From Octopus sinensis (Eukaryota): DNA of 64,000 bases. A program made the position numbers and the translations under genes. The notes below the pieces were generated by a model. The model saw only the letters and a program-made list of their open reading frames with translations, had not been told where the DNA came from and ran no database searches. Numbering within the stretch: position 1 is the stretch's first letter; every line of letters starts with the position of its first letter. Positions 36,131-50,951 of this stretch are shown piece after piece. The stretch is taken from positions 26,164,001-26,228,000 of the forward strand of contig NC_043010.1 of NCBI RefSeq assembly GCF_006345805.1. Direction: 5' to 3'.

Positions 36131-36335
36131 ACTTCCTGAGACAATCCTGACAGGAAGTGCTGAGGAGGAAAGACCAAGAGGTCACCAAAGAATGGATGAG
36201 AAACAAGAATCCAGATGATTGTATGGATGCAACACAACACAGAGGGGAACTGGAGACTGTTAGCAAGTTGATCCCTGGACACAAGAGAGGGCACCAGGCT
36301 GATGGCTGATTATGGATTTGATAGATAGATGGTCT
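36131..36335 (+). pseudogene. RTE-clade LINE 3' remnant
   Basis: LPETILTGSAEEERPRGHQRM resembles the RTE C-terminal ILEGKVEGKRxRGRPR motif. Ends in a (GATA)n-like tail. Confidence 0.5.
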
Positions 36336-37349
36336 TTTTGAGTCAATCAATGAGGATAGTGTCATAGTGTCTGTCGGCCAGGTGTAATAAAAATCATATA
36401 CGCTTCCCTCTAATGTATCATTTTATTTGTTTCAGTCATTAGACCACAGCTTGAAGTATTTTAGGCAAACGAATTGACTCTGGTATTTCTGTTACTTTTT
36501 CTTTTTTAAGCCTGGTACTTATTTTATTGGTCTTTTTGCCAAACTGCTAAGTTACAGGGATATAAACACAGCAACACTAGTTGCCAAACCATGCTGGAGG
36601 ACAATCACATGCAAAGACATACGACAAGCTTCTTCCAGTTTCCGGCTACCAAATCCACTCACAAGGCTTTAGTCAGCCCAAGGCTTTACTAGAAGACACT
36701 TGCCCAAGGTGCCAAACAGTGGGACTGAACCCAGAACCATGTGGTTGGGAAGCAAACTTCTTACCACACAGCCACACCTGCACTTGTATATTTATCATCC
36801 CACAACACTTTTTCTTTATCCTGCATATTCAACCCTTCACCCCCCCCCATAACTATCTCTCATTCCCTACTACAATCTTGCAACCTCCACTCACCCACAT
36901 TTTGTCCCCACTCACTTCTATTCTTGTACTGTGAGGGTCTACTTTGACACCACATCTACACTATCTTCATCTCCTTCCAACTCCACCCTCTCTTCTAAGA
37001 TGCAAGTAGCCACATAGCTCCCTACAGTAAGAAACTTGTTCTGTTCTGTCCCACTTCAGTCTTAGTTTAACACTTCCATCTCCTAGCACAGAGCCACCTC
37101 CTTCTTGGCTGTGGCACCTCTCAGTCAAAGAGAATCCTAGGTTGTGCAAGCTGTAGAGCAACCTCACTAGCACTGGTGCCATGAAGAAGAACATCCAGTG
37201 CATTCGGTAACACAACACGCAGCCTGAACTCACAACCTCACAATTATAAGCTCGATGCTCTAACCACTGAGCCATGTGCCTTCACATCATCCTGCAAATA
37301 TACATACATATATGTATATATATATATATATTATATATATATATATTAT

Positions 37350-37481
<132 letters not shown>

Positions 37482-38742
37482 AAAACAATGGGCTTCTTTC
37501 AGTTTCCATCTACCAAATTCACTCACAGGACTTTTGTGAGCCTGAGGCTATTGTAGAAGGTGCCATGCACTGAGACCGAACTTGGAATCATGTGGTTGGA
37601 AAGCAAACTTCTTACCACACAGCCATTCCTACACTTATGTAGATGAAGGCCTTGGCAAGATTTCTCTGCACCAAGTCTACCCTTCACTGTACCATCAATG
37701 TTTTATCCAGAGGGAAGGCCATTGCCAACTTGGGCCAATACAAGCTTATCACCAGTGTAATCGCAGACATTACCATCACAATGCAAAGAGACAGAAAAGA
37801 TACTACGCGGCATCTTCCTCAACATTCTACCCTCAAACATTTTTCTTTATCCACCACTTTGGACATGGTTCTTTTTTGTTGACCCCCCAAAAGGATAAAA
37901 AGCTACGTTGACCTCAGCAGGATTTGAACACAGAACACAGCATCAGAATAAATACTGCAAAGTAATATCCAACTTTCTAACCACTTTGCCAACAAATGGC
38001 CTTCATTTTGGTTATTTGCATATGTGAAAGCAAAGAAAACATTTAGTTAGGTTCCAAAGACGTCTCCTTATCATAAAATAGGTGAAAACCTTAAGTTACC
38101 AAAGGTAGGTTTATAGAATTAATGGTGTCTGAGAAGACTCAATGTATGTATATACATACATCGATACATACATTGATACAAATATATTCATACATACATA
38201 AACACATGCATACATGATACATACACACATACATATATACATTTATACATTAACACATACATTCATACGTTACATACATTCATACATTACATACATATAT
38301 ACACAGATATATACAAAGCATGTGTACATATATTACCATACATTACATACATACAATCATATATACACACAATCATACACACAAACACACACATTCGTAC
38401 AAACTTATACATACATAGATACATGCTAAGTACTATTCCACGGAACAGTAATGCTTCAGGGAATGAAGAATTCTTGATAACCAGTCAAGGTGAAAATACA
38501 TAGACACATACATAGTTACATCTAAAACATAGACACATACATAGTTACACTGAATGCATACACATTATAGGGAAACATAAGCATTTCTCTCGTGTACATA
38601 TATGCAGTAAACACAAACATATACATACATATACATACACAAACATACACATACATATACATACATAAGCATATATATAAATATTCATATATACACACAC
38701 ACACACAAAGAACCATATCTATCAACCTATCTATCTGATATA

Positions 38743-38775
<33 letters not shown>

Positions 38776-38799
38776 ATATATATATATATAGATATATAT

Positions 38800-38856
<57 letters not shown>

Positions 38857-40680
38857 TATATATACACATATAAGATATATATATACATGTGTGTGTGTGT
38901 GTGTGTGGAGAGAGAGAGTGAGAAATATACACACACACACACTAATATATACAAATACGTAGTACAAATATAGTAACACAGAAAGCATACATACATACAC
39001 ACACACATACATGCAGCAAGATTCCTGTGAACAAGGTAAGCAGATATGATGAAGGCATGTGTAAGCGTGAAGGTAAGACAGGCAGATCTCCGAATGGTGA
39101 GTATTATTGATTATAGAAGAACTGTCAACAGGAGTAGAAACTGTGGAATTCTATATTTGGGATAGCATTTGCAAGAGAGAGAGGAGGGAAAATGAGAGAG
39201 AGAGAATGAGAGGGGGAGAGAGGAAATGTGGGAAAAAAAAGGAAAAGAGAAAAGACCTATTCCAGTTGAGAGTGTATATGTAAGCAGGTTCGTTTTGTAA
39301 AGGTGACTATTCACATTGTGTGTGTGTGAGAGAGAGAGACAGACAGACAGAGATGCAAAGAAGTGCTCACAAGATGATGGTAGATAGAAATATATTTAAT
39401 TTAATATAAAACAGGTAAGGATGGAGTGAGGAAGGTGAAGAAAGGAGGAGGAGAAAGAGATAAGGTGGAGGGAAGAGGTAAGACAGACAGAGAATCTCTC
39501 TCACATGAGTGAAGGCTTGCTGAATCACAAATAGTACTGTGTGTATGTGTGTGCGTGTGTGTGTGTGTTTGTATTTGTGTGTCTGTGTTATAGTGTGTGT
39601 ATGTGTGTGTGTTTGTGTATTTGTGTGTATGTGTATCTGTACTTGTGCGTGTGTTTGTGTATGCATTTGTATGTGTGTGTGTGTTTGTGTTTGCATATGT
39701 GTGCATGTGAGAGTGTGTTTGTGTGTGTGTGCGTGTGTGTGTGAGTGTATGAATCCTTGGTTTCAAAAGAATAATGAATTAACTCATTCACATGGATTGA
39801 GTACTACATTTTCTATTTGTACTTTCCAAATGAGAGTACATATTGATATGGACACGCACACACACACATAATTTGTTAGCTTGTATCTGTTGCTTGTTTC
39901 AGTTGTTGGACTGCATCCACATTGGGGCACTGCCTCGAAAGATTTACTAAACCCAAAGCAACCCCATGACTAATTAATTCTAAGTTATTAATTAAGTCTA
40001 AGTTATGGGACTGTAAACAAACCAATACCAGTTGTCAAATGGTAGTGGTGGTGATGGTGGTATTGGTGGTGGTGGTGGTAATGGACAAACACACGCGTAA
40101 ACACACACACACATATGCACACAACAGGTGTCTGCACAATTTCCACTTACCAAATTCATTCACAATGCTTTGGTTCGCCCAGAATTATAGTAGAAGACAC
40201 TTGCCCAAAGTGCTGTGTGGGATTGGATCTGAAGCCCCGTGGTTGCAAAATGAGCCACTCAACCACACAGCCATCTTCCATCAACTATCTATCTATCTAT
40301 ATCGTGACACTCTGTTGGTTACAATGATGAGGGTTCCAGTTGATCTGATCAACAGAACAGCTCGCTCATGAAATTCACATGCAAGTGGCTGAGTACTCCA
40401 CAGACACGTGTACCCTTAACATAGTTCTTGGGGGAGATTCAGCATGACACAGAGTGTAACAAGGCTTTGAAATACAGGTACAACAGAAACAGGAAGAAAG
40501 AGGGAGAGAAAGTTATGTTAAAAGAGTACAGCAGGGTTCGCTACCATCCCCTGCTACAGCCTCATAGAGCTTTAGGTGTTTTCGCTCAATAAACACTCAC
40601 AACACCTGGTCTGGAAATCGAAACCACAATCCTACGACCGAGAGTCCATTGCCCTAACCACTGGGCCATTGCACCTCCAC

Positions 40681-40728
<48 letters not shown>

Positions 40729-41555
40729 CTCTCTCTCTCTCTCTCTGTGGGGGGGGTGCTGTGTGGTGTGTGTGTGTGTGTGTGTGTGCTGTGTGGTGTG
40801 GTGTGGTGTGGTGTGGTGTGGTGTGCTGTGCTGTGCTGTGTGTGTGTGTGTGTAGGCATGTGGTTTAGTGCTTAGGGTGTCAGCATCATAGCATCATGAT
40901 TGTAAGATTGTGGTTTCGATTCCTGGGCCGGGTGACGCATTGTGTTCTTGAGCAAAACACTTCATTTCACATTGCTGGCAAAAATGAGTATCGCTGCGAT
41001 GGACTGGCGTCCCATCCACCTGGGGAACACATACGCCATTGAAACTGGTAAACCAGGCCCATGAGCCTGGCTAGGCTTTAAAAGGGTGCAAAAAAAACAA
41101 AGAAATATATATATATATAATAATAAATATTAGGGAATAAATCCAAACTTACAGGGAAAAATCAGATTTAGGATTGAATCCAATTTTATAGTAAAATATT
41201 ATATTATATTAAATTAGAGACAAAACCACTATTATGCAAATCAAACAATGAAAAACTGAAGCCAATACATATGATTAATTTATATTATTTAAATATGTAA
41301 CAAAATTATTAAAAAAATATAATTAATCATATGTATTGGCTTAAGTTTTTCATTGTTTGATTTGCATAATAGTGGTTTTTGTCTCTAATTTAATATAATA
41401 TATATATATATATATATACATAGGTTATGTTATATCCCATTAGAGACATAGTAGAGTACAGTGTAAAGCTTGTCCATGGATTGAGTACTACATCAGAATT
41501 ACCCAGTACTCTCGGTAGTCTTATTAAACTTGGGTGTTCGTCATGTGTGAATGTA

Positions 41556-41888
41556 AAATTGAAGAAATTGGAGTCAAGAAAGAGTACAGTTGGGCATTTC
41601 TTTATTATTCACTGCAACTGAGTCAAGAAGAGGGAGTATGGTTCGACATTTCTTTATTGTTCACTACAGTTGCATTGGAGAAGATGGCTTTAAAGTCAAA
41701 GATTTTTAATTAAGGAAGACAATACTCGTATATCGCCTGAGGGAACACAACTGGATCTACTTATGCAAACAGTTGCATAATTAAATACCTGTATTCTTGA
41801 AGAACAACATTATGTCGAAACAATTGTAGGGAATAATAAAGAAATGTCTAACTGTACTCCATCTTCTTGACTCCAATTTCCTCAATTA
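41556..41888 (+). mobile_element. pLTR-like repeat with ~65-bp inverted ends and a hammerhead-like relic
   Basis: 41556-41620 is an inverted copy of 41820-41888, with a further partial copy at ~41620-41672. Motif TTGAAGA...GAAACAATTGTA at 41797-41828. Confidence 0.55.
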
Positions 41889-41902
41889 CACACACACACA
41901 CA

Positions 41903-41946
<44 letters not shown>

Positions 41947-42189
41947 CACACACACACACATATATATATATGTATGTATGTATATGCTGGTGGCACATAA
42001 AAAGCACCCACTACACTCTAAGAGTGGTTGGCATTAGGAAGGGCATACAGCTGTAAAAACATTGCTAGGTCAGATTGGATCCTGGTACAGCCTTCAGTCA
42101 AACTGTCCAACACATGCCAGCATGGAAAATGGACATTAAACGATGATGATGATGATATATATATATGTAGTTATATAGATATATACATA

Positions 42190-42720
42190 TGTACTTAATT
42201 TGAGGAAGTTATATCCTCATTAGGGATTATATAATCCAAGATATTCCACTGGCTAATCCCTATCATATAATGCGAAAGTCACTGGTGTATGTTAGGGATT
42301 ATTGAAATTATATATTATCAATATTGAAGGAAAAAGAAAACATATTTCTATGTTATAAAATGATGTAAATTTCTTTTAAAAAGCATAACAGTACAAATTG
42401 ATTACAAGTTGTAAAGCTTTCAAAAAATAAAACAAAGGAACCTATATATATGTTTCAGTCCTATCACCTAGTTGATTAGAAGTTCTAAGCATTTGGTTAA
42501 ATACTAAGAATGGTATCATATTCTAACTATACGAGGGTAGGGCTTCTTCAGGGTTAAATTTGAGCTTATGGAACTTTGGTTATCATTTTTCTTTTGAAGG
42601 ATGCATACAGAATATTAGTGAGTTTAAGAAGTTAAAAGCTATATAGAGTAAATACATAGTCAATGTATCTAATTGATGGGTTCCATATATTCATGAATAT
42701 ACAATATTATTAGACAACAA
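42190..42720 (-). mobile_element. pLTR-like repeat with hammerhead relic (related copy ~62290-62560, +)
   Basis: The reverse complement of ~42190-42425 aligns to 62290-62560. Fold at 42439-42555 on the minus strand. Confidence 0.55.
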
Positions 42721-42860
42721 GTAAATAAAATATGCATAAAAATAAAATGAAACTAAAAAGATAAGATAAAAGATAAAAAATAAAAGTAAAAACAAAAAAT
42801 AAAAACCTATGAATTTTTCTTATTGGTTTGGTGATACACACACACACACATACATACATA

Positions 42861-43066
42861 CGAGGGGGTGCTGAAAAGTTCCTGGCTTCAAAGATCCCAT
42901 GAACGGCCTTGTTGGAGCACCAACTTTCTGAGTTCTTTTCCAGAGTTTAGAAAATCGGAAGGACCGCTGCAATAAGTGTGCGCATCTGAGAGGGGAATAT
43001 GGTGAACAAAGTCTTAACTGATTCTCCTGTATTTTCTTTTATTCAAAGCACCCAGCGCCCCCTCAT
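42861..43066 (+). mobile_element. mariner-derived MITE
   Basis: TA|CGAGGGGGTGCTGAAAAGTTCC left end with a degenerate right end. Contains DRCNKCAHLRGEYGE, resembling a mariner transposase C-terminus. Confidence 0.7.
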
Positions 43067-43763
43067 GTATATGTATGCATATATGTATGTATATATGTAT
43101 ACTCTTTTACTTGTTTCAATCATTTGACTGTGGCCATGCTGGAGCACCGCCTTTAGTCGAGCAACTCAACCCCAGGACTTATTCTTTGTAAGTCTAGTAC
43201 TTATTCTACCGGTCTCTTTTGCCGAACCGCTAAGTTACGGGGACACAAACACACCACTATCAGTCGTCAAGCGATGTTGGGGGAACAAACATATACACAC
43301 GCACACATACATATATATGATGGGTTTCTTTCAGTTTCCGTCTACCAAATCTACTCACAAGGTTTTGGTCGGTCCGAGACTATAGTAGAAGACACTTGCT
43401 GAAGGTGCCACGCAGTGAGACTGAACCCGGAACCATGTGGTTGGTAAGCAAGTTACTTACCACACAGCCACTCCTATGCCTTTTTTTTTGTTTAATTTAA
43501 AAGATTTTTTTTATTTATTATTATTATTATTACTAGTATTGTTGTTATACATACATACATACATACAAGCATATGTAATGATAATAATAATAAGTGGATG
43601 TAAACACATGATCAAAATAAGAATGAACAAAAACAACAACAAAAACAAATTACATGAACGTATATAAACAGAAGATACAAATATTACAGGCATCCCCCCA
43701 CACACACACTAAATAAACATAGACGCACATAGAGATATAAGCATGCACAAAAGAAGACATACA

Positions 43764-43920
43764 ATAGAAATACAAAATGGCTGACGGTTAGTAAGGAGAG
43801 ACACAAATAAGAAAGAAAAAAACAAAGGACCACTGATGCGGTCACAGGAGTGTGACGAAAGAACTCTGTAAGATTAAGATGAAGCAAAGTAACACCAAAT
43901 ATATAGTGCATGTGTTTTTT
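43764..43920 (+). repeat. Two-copy repeat (partner ~61095-61285) containing a hammerhead-like motif
   Basis: aatacaaaatggctgacggttagtaaggagagacacaaataag...ccactgatgcggtcacaggagtgtgacgaaagaactctg is almost identical at both loci. Confidence 0.85.
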
Positions 43921-46900
43921 GTCAACCATTTTGTCAGTCTCAGCCATTGCAAGAGATTTGAAAATATAAAGAAACACACCTGCCATAACCAGGAGAAATG
44001 AGAAAAGAGGCGTGCATGCAGAGTGCTCTACGGCTTTGTCATTTGGCATTACATCCCAACTGTGACTAATGCTGACATGTTAAGACAAAGATTGTTTTGT
44101 GTGGTCCTTAAAAGATTCACTAAGGGAGATGAGTGATATTACTGGATTTAATGGGCACCTGTAAGATAGAAAGCAATGTGCATATGTATGTGTGTGTGTA
44201 TTGCATAGAAGCGGGTCATCAGATTTCATGGACAATCATACGCAAGCAATGTGCGAAGGGTGTGTGTGAAAGGTGTGTGTGTGTGAGTGCATGCATGTGT
44301 GTGTGTGTGAGTGCATGCATGTGTGTGTGTGTGTGTGTGTGCATGCCAGTGCATGTGAGTGTGTTGGCATATCATTCCTACAGATTTGGTTGTAGTTGTT
44401 TCTTATGGAATGCTATCTTACATAAATTCAATTCCCACAAGGGCAGACCATCATGTCATTACATCCAAAGCATTTGTCTTCTTTGCTTACTCTTTCTTTC
44501 AATTATCGATCACTCACTCATTCAATCAGTCACTTGTGGTTTCTCTTACTCATTCAACCATTCATTCATACATACACACACTCACAGTTGCTATTACCAC
44601 TTACATCCAATCTCTTACTTTTTCTCTCCCTATTTTCTCATCTATTTACAAGTTTATTATACTGCTGCTCTCCACATTTCCTGTACTGCCACTTAACACC
44701 TCCCACTTCTTGAGTTATATCTTTTACCACCTCCCATATTGGTATTTACCATCAATCACACTGCCACACTTATACATCATACACTACATTAACATCTACC
44801 TCCCACTCCATCACCCACTCTCCTTTCACATTCCTATCAACTTATCCACCAATCATATTCTCTCGTATACTTTCTTGTATTCTGAGAATAGGCTTGCCAT
44901 CACATCACCAACACCTTTATCTTCGGTCCAAAGACTACCACCTACTCCTATATAAGGCAGCATAGCCATGTATTTCCTCCATAGCAAGACACCAGTGTTT
45001 GTCCCTTTATCATTCTTTAAGTTCTCAATACATGACATGAAGCTCCCCTTTTTCTCTCCAACTCAATTGATAATGTTCTCCTCTTCCCTTTTTCATTGTC
45101 TTGCAAGTTATTTAGTGACCTCGCTCATGCAGGTGTCACATAAAAAGCACCCAGTACATTCTTTAAAGTGTGTCATGTTAGGAAGAGCATCCCAGTCATA
45201 GATATCATGCAAAGACAGACACTAGAGCTCATTACAATCATCAAGTTCATCGGATGCTGTTGGACTGTCCAGCCTATACCAGCACAGAAGACAAACAATA
45301 AAAGATGATATATCAAACTTGAAGAGACACTAAATACTTTTAAGTAAAGTATTAAATATATTATTAATTTTTACATGGAAAAGGTTGATAGAGACTTTGA
45401 AGTTTCAACCTGGTTGTCTTTGTCAGACTGTGAAGTGCTTTTGGTTTTCCAAGCCTTCTATACTTTTTGGTTCATCTTGTGGGTAGAGAAACTTGGTTGT
45501 AAAGAAGGTGTGGTATAATAGTGTACTTTTGTAGCATATAAAGATAATAGCTTTATGGATAGTTCATGGGGGAAAAGAAGAAGTAGTTGACTAAGGAAGG
45601 AAGAGGAGAACAAGAAGAAAAGAGGAGGAGGTGGAAAATAAGCACTTACTGCAGGTATGAGCAACCTTTTTGATAAGTAAGCCGCATGAAACATGGCTCG
45701 TTATCAGTTAGATAGCACTATTAAAAAAATTCAAGATAACTTTTTTGCTGGCATGCCATTCAGAAAATTCTGCAGTCTGAAGTGTGCCCATGACTAGTTT
45801 ATAAAGGTGGCAGCAGGACACAAAAAGGGAATAAAACATTGTTCTGGTTGGACAGATCACTAAGTTTTTCTGAATCTAGAATAGGTGACTTGTGCTTATA
45901 TTGATTGTATTTAGTGTAGGAAATTAAAGGTCTTTTGTTGTTTGTTTATAGTTTGGGTTCATTCAAGGTGTGAGGGGTTAGATTTGTATAGAAGCACAGG
46001 TAAAATTTTGTGGTTCATGTTGTAAGTTGGCAATGGCATCCATGCATATCTTCAAATGAATAAGCGTTGCCATATTGGTCACTTCTGGATTCAGCAGAGT
46101 CACCACATGGTCAGATAAATTCTTCCTGGATATTGGGATGGCACTTTGGTGAAAGTTGAACACATAACACCATGCAATGAAACAGATGTCACAAAGCATC
46201 TCATCTGCTGCTCTAACAATTCAACCAAACTACTGGCCTGGATCAGTAGTTTTTTAAATGACCCCTAAAATAAAATAAAAGTTGAAGTCGACCTCAGTGG
46301 GATCTGAACTCAGAGTGCAGAGCACTAGAACAAATATAGCACAGCATTCTACTTGATCCTTTAACAATTCTGCCATTTTACTGTGTAAGAAAATAACACC
46401 AGGAAGAACATATGGAAGAATGGTGTCTGAGATAAACTTTGACTAGAAAAGAAATCAAAGATTGGAGAATCACTGCTAGAACTGTTGTTGATTATAGGCC
46501 TGCTCATTCAGGACTGACTCAGGGCTAAACAACATCAACAACAATCACATACTTAAAAAAAAGTAGAACACAAAGTAGGCAGAAAAGTAGTTTTATAGAA
46601 TCCTCTTAAATATGGGATAGCTTGACTGTGGAAAATGAAGAAGGTGAAGAGTGACTGTGTGGTAAGTAGTTTGCTTACAAACCATATGGTTCCGGGTTCA
46701 GTCTCACTGTGTGACACCTTGGGCAAGTGTCTTCTACTATAGCCTTGGGGCAACCAAAGCCTTGAGAGTGGATTTGGTAGACGGAAACTGAAAGGAGCCC
46801 ATCGTGTGTGTGTGTGTGTGTGTGTTTGTGTGTCTGTGTTTGTCCCCTCAACATCGCTTGACAATCGATGATGGTGTGTTTACGGCCCTGGGACTTAACG

Positions 46901-47039
46901 GTTTGGCAAAAGAGACCGATAGAAGAAGTACTAGGCTTACAAAGAATAAGTCCTGGGGTTGATTTGCTTGACTAAAGGTGGTGCTCCAGCATAGCCACAG
47001 TCAAATGACTGAAACAAGTAAAGGAGTAAAAAGAGTATA

Positions 47040-47282
47040 GTACCAATTATTGTTGGGTCCTTGGGGACAGTATCATAAGGCCTCAAGAGGGATATAAAGG
47101 AAATCAGAATAGAGGGCCCAGTAGAACTGTTACAAAAGGTTTGCCTCTTTGGCACAGCCAGAATGATTAGGAAAGTATTATACATTTGAAAAGAATGGAT
47201 AACATGGTACCATAGGCTGCAGGTAGAAAGCCCGCTATGCATACAAGACTCCAGGAGTTCCAACAAAACTTGAGTTAAAAGA
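47040..47282 (+). pseudogene. R4/Dong-type LINE 3' end (subfamily 2)
   Basis: VPIIVGSLGTVS*GLKRDIKEIRIEGPVELLQKVCLFGTARMIRKVLYI* plus a short UTR ending in TAA-rich sequence. Confidence 0.8.
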
Positions 47283-47519
47283 ATAATAACAATAAAAGTA
47301 ATAATAATAATCTTTTCTACTCTAGGTACAAGTCCTGAAATATTTTATAGGGGAGAGAGCTAATTGATTACATTGACCCCAGTATGCTTATTTCAACAAC
47401 ACCTGAAATGATTAAAGGCAAAATCAACTTCGGCAGAATTTGAACTCACAACATAGAGACAGGCAAAATGTCGCCAAACATTCTGTCCAGCATATTAACA
47501 ATTCTGCAAGATTACTGCT

Positions 47520-48114
<595 letters not shown>

Positions 48115-48522
48115 AATAATAATAATAATAATAATAATGATGATGATAATGATAACAGATGCAGTACCAGGCAGTGGCTCTCATGGCTTCTGATCTTAAC
48201 TGATTGGAAGTGTTATCATGTACATTATTTTATCTTAGTATAAAAGATGGGCCACAGCAAATATTCTGCTCAATACCTCAGATTTGCTTGTCAGTTGTTT
48301 GACCTTAACCAGTTAACCATGTCACTTAGTGGCTGACAATATGTGCATCTCTGATCAGGAGCAGAAGTAGTTGGGGAGCATCATAGCCATGTATTGAAAC
48401 AAATTCTTTGGGGTTTGGATAATTCACCTTTGGAAACATGGGTGTTTCGTTCAACATCCTTAAACAAACCATATTCAGGGACCTTTTTGAGCGGGATGGG
48501 CAACTCAGCCTGAAGAAAATTC

Positions 48523-49526
48523 GGTCAAACTAAAGTGTTTGACCCAGTCGTAAATACAAAAAAAATAATAGTGTAATAGGTGTAAAACAACTTCCTCTAA
48601 ACGAATATGACAAAAAGAATGCGCACTCGTGAAAGAACTCGGAAAATTCACATCGTGAATTTCCGAAAGCGTCTGAGGGTCTGACCCAGGCACAAAAACA
48701 AAAAAAAAATAGTGTAATATGTGTAAAATAACTTGCTCTAAACGAATATGAGAAAAAAAATGCGCTCTCACAAAAGGGGGGTGGGGGAGAGGACTAGGAA
48801 AATACACATCTTCAGTCCATGGCCTTTAAACTATGGTGTTTGATCCGGGCCAGAAAAAAATTGAAAAATAGTGTAATTGGTGTAAAACTACTTGTTCTAA
48901 ACGATTATCAAGAACATGCACACACACAAAGAGAAATGGTTGGTTCAAGGCAAGTGTGCATTGAACTGAATTTAGATAAGCAAGAAAGATATTATCAAAG
49001 AAAAGGCCATAGCACCATCTTTAGTGTCTGTTGTTGTTATTATTATAATTATTATTATGGAGTTGAATGTGTGTGTGTGTGGTGAAGTTATTAATATCAA
49101 TATCAATACATTAACTGACACCATTGAAGTGAAATAATAGTTTCTATACTTTTGGTTTGGCACTGCTGAATTGAGTCAAAGACCATATAATACAAGTCAG
49201 CAGAAAAAAAAGAAAAGAAAAATGCGATATCCATAACAGTAAAGAAATAAGACCTCCCCCAAACAGTAACCCTTGTGTTTAAATTCTCTCTAACAAAAAG
49301 AAGAGAGGTTGTTTGGCTATGGACTACATTGATCTTTCCATGTTGTGGTTTAGCCACTATTTACACTATTTTTTACACAATGTGAATTTTCCGAGTCCTC
49401 TCCCCCATTCCCCTTTCATGAACGCACATTTTTTTTTTGTCATATTCGTTTAGAGGCAGCTGTTTTACGCCTATTACACTATTTTTTTTTTGTTTTTATG
49501 ACTGGATCAAATGCTTTAGTTTGACC
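48523..49526. mobile_element. Non-autonomous DNA transposon (1004 bp) with long modular TIRs and 8-bp TSD, Merlin-like
   Basis: GGTCAAACTAAAG termini; ~140-bp imperfect TIRs; TSD GAAAATTC at 48515-48522 and 49527-49534. It splits a family E copy exactly. The superfamily assignment is inferred from GG termini and the 8-bp TSD. Confidence 0.85.
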
Positions 49527-49791
49527 GAAAATTCAAACTGGGCCCCACATGCAAGGTTATATGCTATCTTGATATGAGATCACCATGTCGCACACATGTG
49601 GCTGTAATGTATGTGCCTGGTGTACCCTTATCAGACGGGTAGTTATGATGAGTATATTGGATTTTGCATATTTGTATCCCAGTATCACTTTGATGGCACT
49701 TTGACGTCTCTAACTCAATAATAGTAATGATGAAGATGATGATCATGATCATGACGACGACGACGACGACGACAACGTTATTTTTACTTAC

Positions 49792-49849
49792 GATTGCATC
49801 CCAAGTCATGGACGGTCATTACTACAAATTGATTATGCTTCAGATCACC
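49792..49849 (-). CDS. NDRG: NDRG-family protein, internal coding exon (GDLKHNQFVVMTVHDLGCN+1 nt)
   Basis: Minus strand reads tttttatttccag|GGTGAT...TGCAATC|gtaagt. 58 nt, phase 0 to 1. TVHDLGCNH matches the NDRG T(Y/V)HD(L/I)GxNH motif and joins in frame to 26433-26550. The symbol is family-level only. Confidence 0.92.
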
Positions 49850-50103
49850 CTGGAAATAAAAAAGTAAAAGTATAAATTTATATACATTTAACGATATATG
49901 CTATAATATTATGTAAGTGTGCATATGTGTGCATGTGTGTAAAGTATATTATGTATATATCTATCTATATATGGCATTAGGAAGAAACCAAGCCAAATTA
50001 GGCTGGAACCTGGTGCAGCTCTCTGGCTTACTAGCTCCAGTCAAACCATCTAACCCATGCCAGCATGGAAAGTAGACATATGATGATGATGATGATATAT
50101 ATC

Positions 50104-50951
50104 AACAGGGTGCAGTGAATGTATTGTCATCTAAATTATGCAAAAATGAAAATAACACTGACATTTCATTTTAACAGATATATTTTATAAAATTACATAA
50201 AGATATCTTGAAATACTAAAGGGTAAATTTATTCAGTAAAATCGACATTGGCTCCAACCTTGGCCTCCAGACGACTTCAGAATCTCCTGCAACTCTTCTG
50301 GACAGTCTCCTTGTTTAAGTTGGTGACTGCTGCCATAATCCTTGCCTTCAGTTCATCTCTGATATTACAAGGAGTTTGTTTGGTCTCTTGCTCAACTGTG
50401 TCCTGCACATAATAACCAAGGGGGCATTAGGTGGCCAGATGTTAGGGGTGGTGTGGTAGCAGAAATTGTCTGACAGCTTTGACTGGGTTCTCCTACTTGT
50501 GTAGCATAGAGCAGAGTTTGGTTGCCAGACATAAAGTCTTCCAGCAGCCACTCTCTTGACCCAGGGCAGCACTACCTCCTCTAAGCACTTGATGTAGGCC
50601 TCTGTGATGTAGTCTGAGGCCATGTGGGAAGATGAATGGCAGCATGACATCATCATCAATAGTGATCACTCCAAACACCATGATGTTTGATTTTTATCAC
50701 TCTCGATACATGTCCTCAGATTGATACCCAAACACTCTGAAATGTTCCTATTGGAGCTTCTGGCATAAATGTCAAGCAGTAGAGCATGTCGTTTCCAAAT
50801 TTCTGGCAGAGAGAATTGCGTTATGGTGCTGTTTTTCTCACAGATAGTGCCCAACTGACCCTACTATACTGTGTAGTCAACAAAATCAAAAGCAAACAAT
50901 GTGCATGCATGAAATTAAAATGTAAAATGGCAACAATTTACGCATCGTACC

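Noticed and set aside
39020-39100. Three plus-strand donor-like motifs (aaggtaag, aaggtaag, tggtgagt) in 80 bp
   Set aside because: No upstream acceptor or open exon could be paired with them, so they are plausibly chance.
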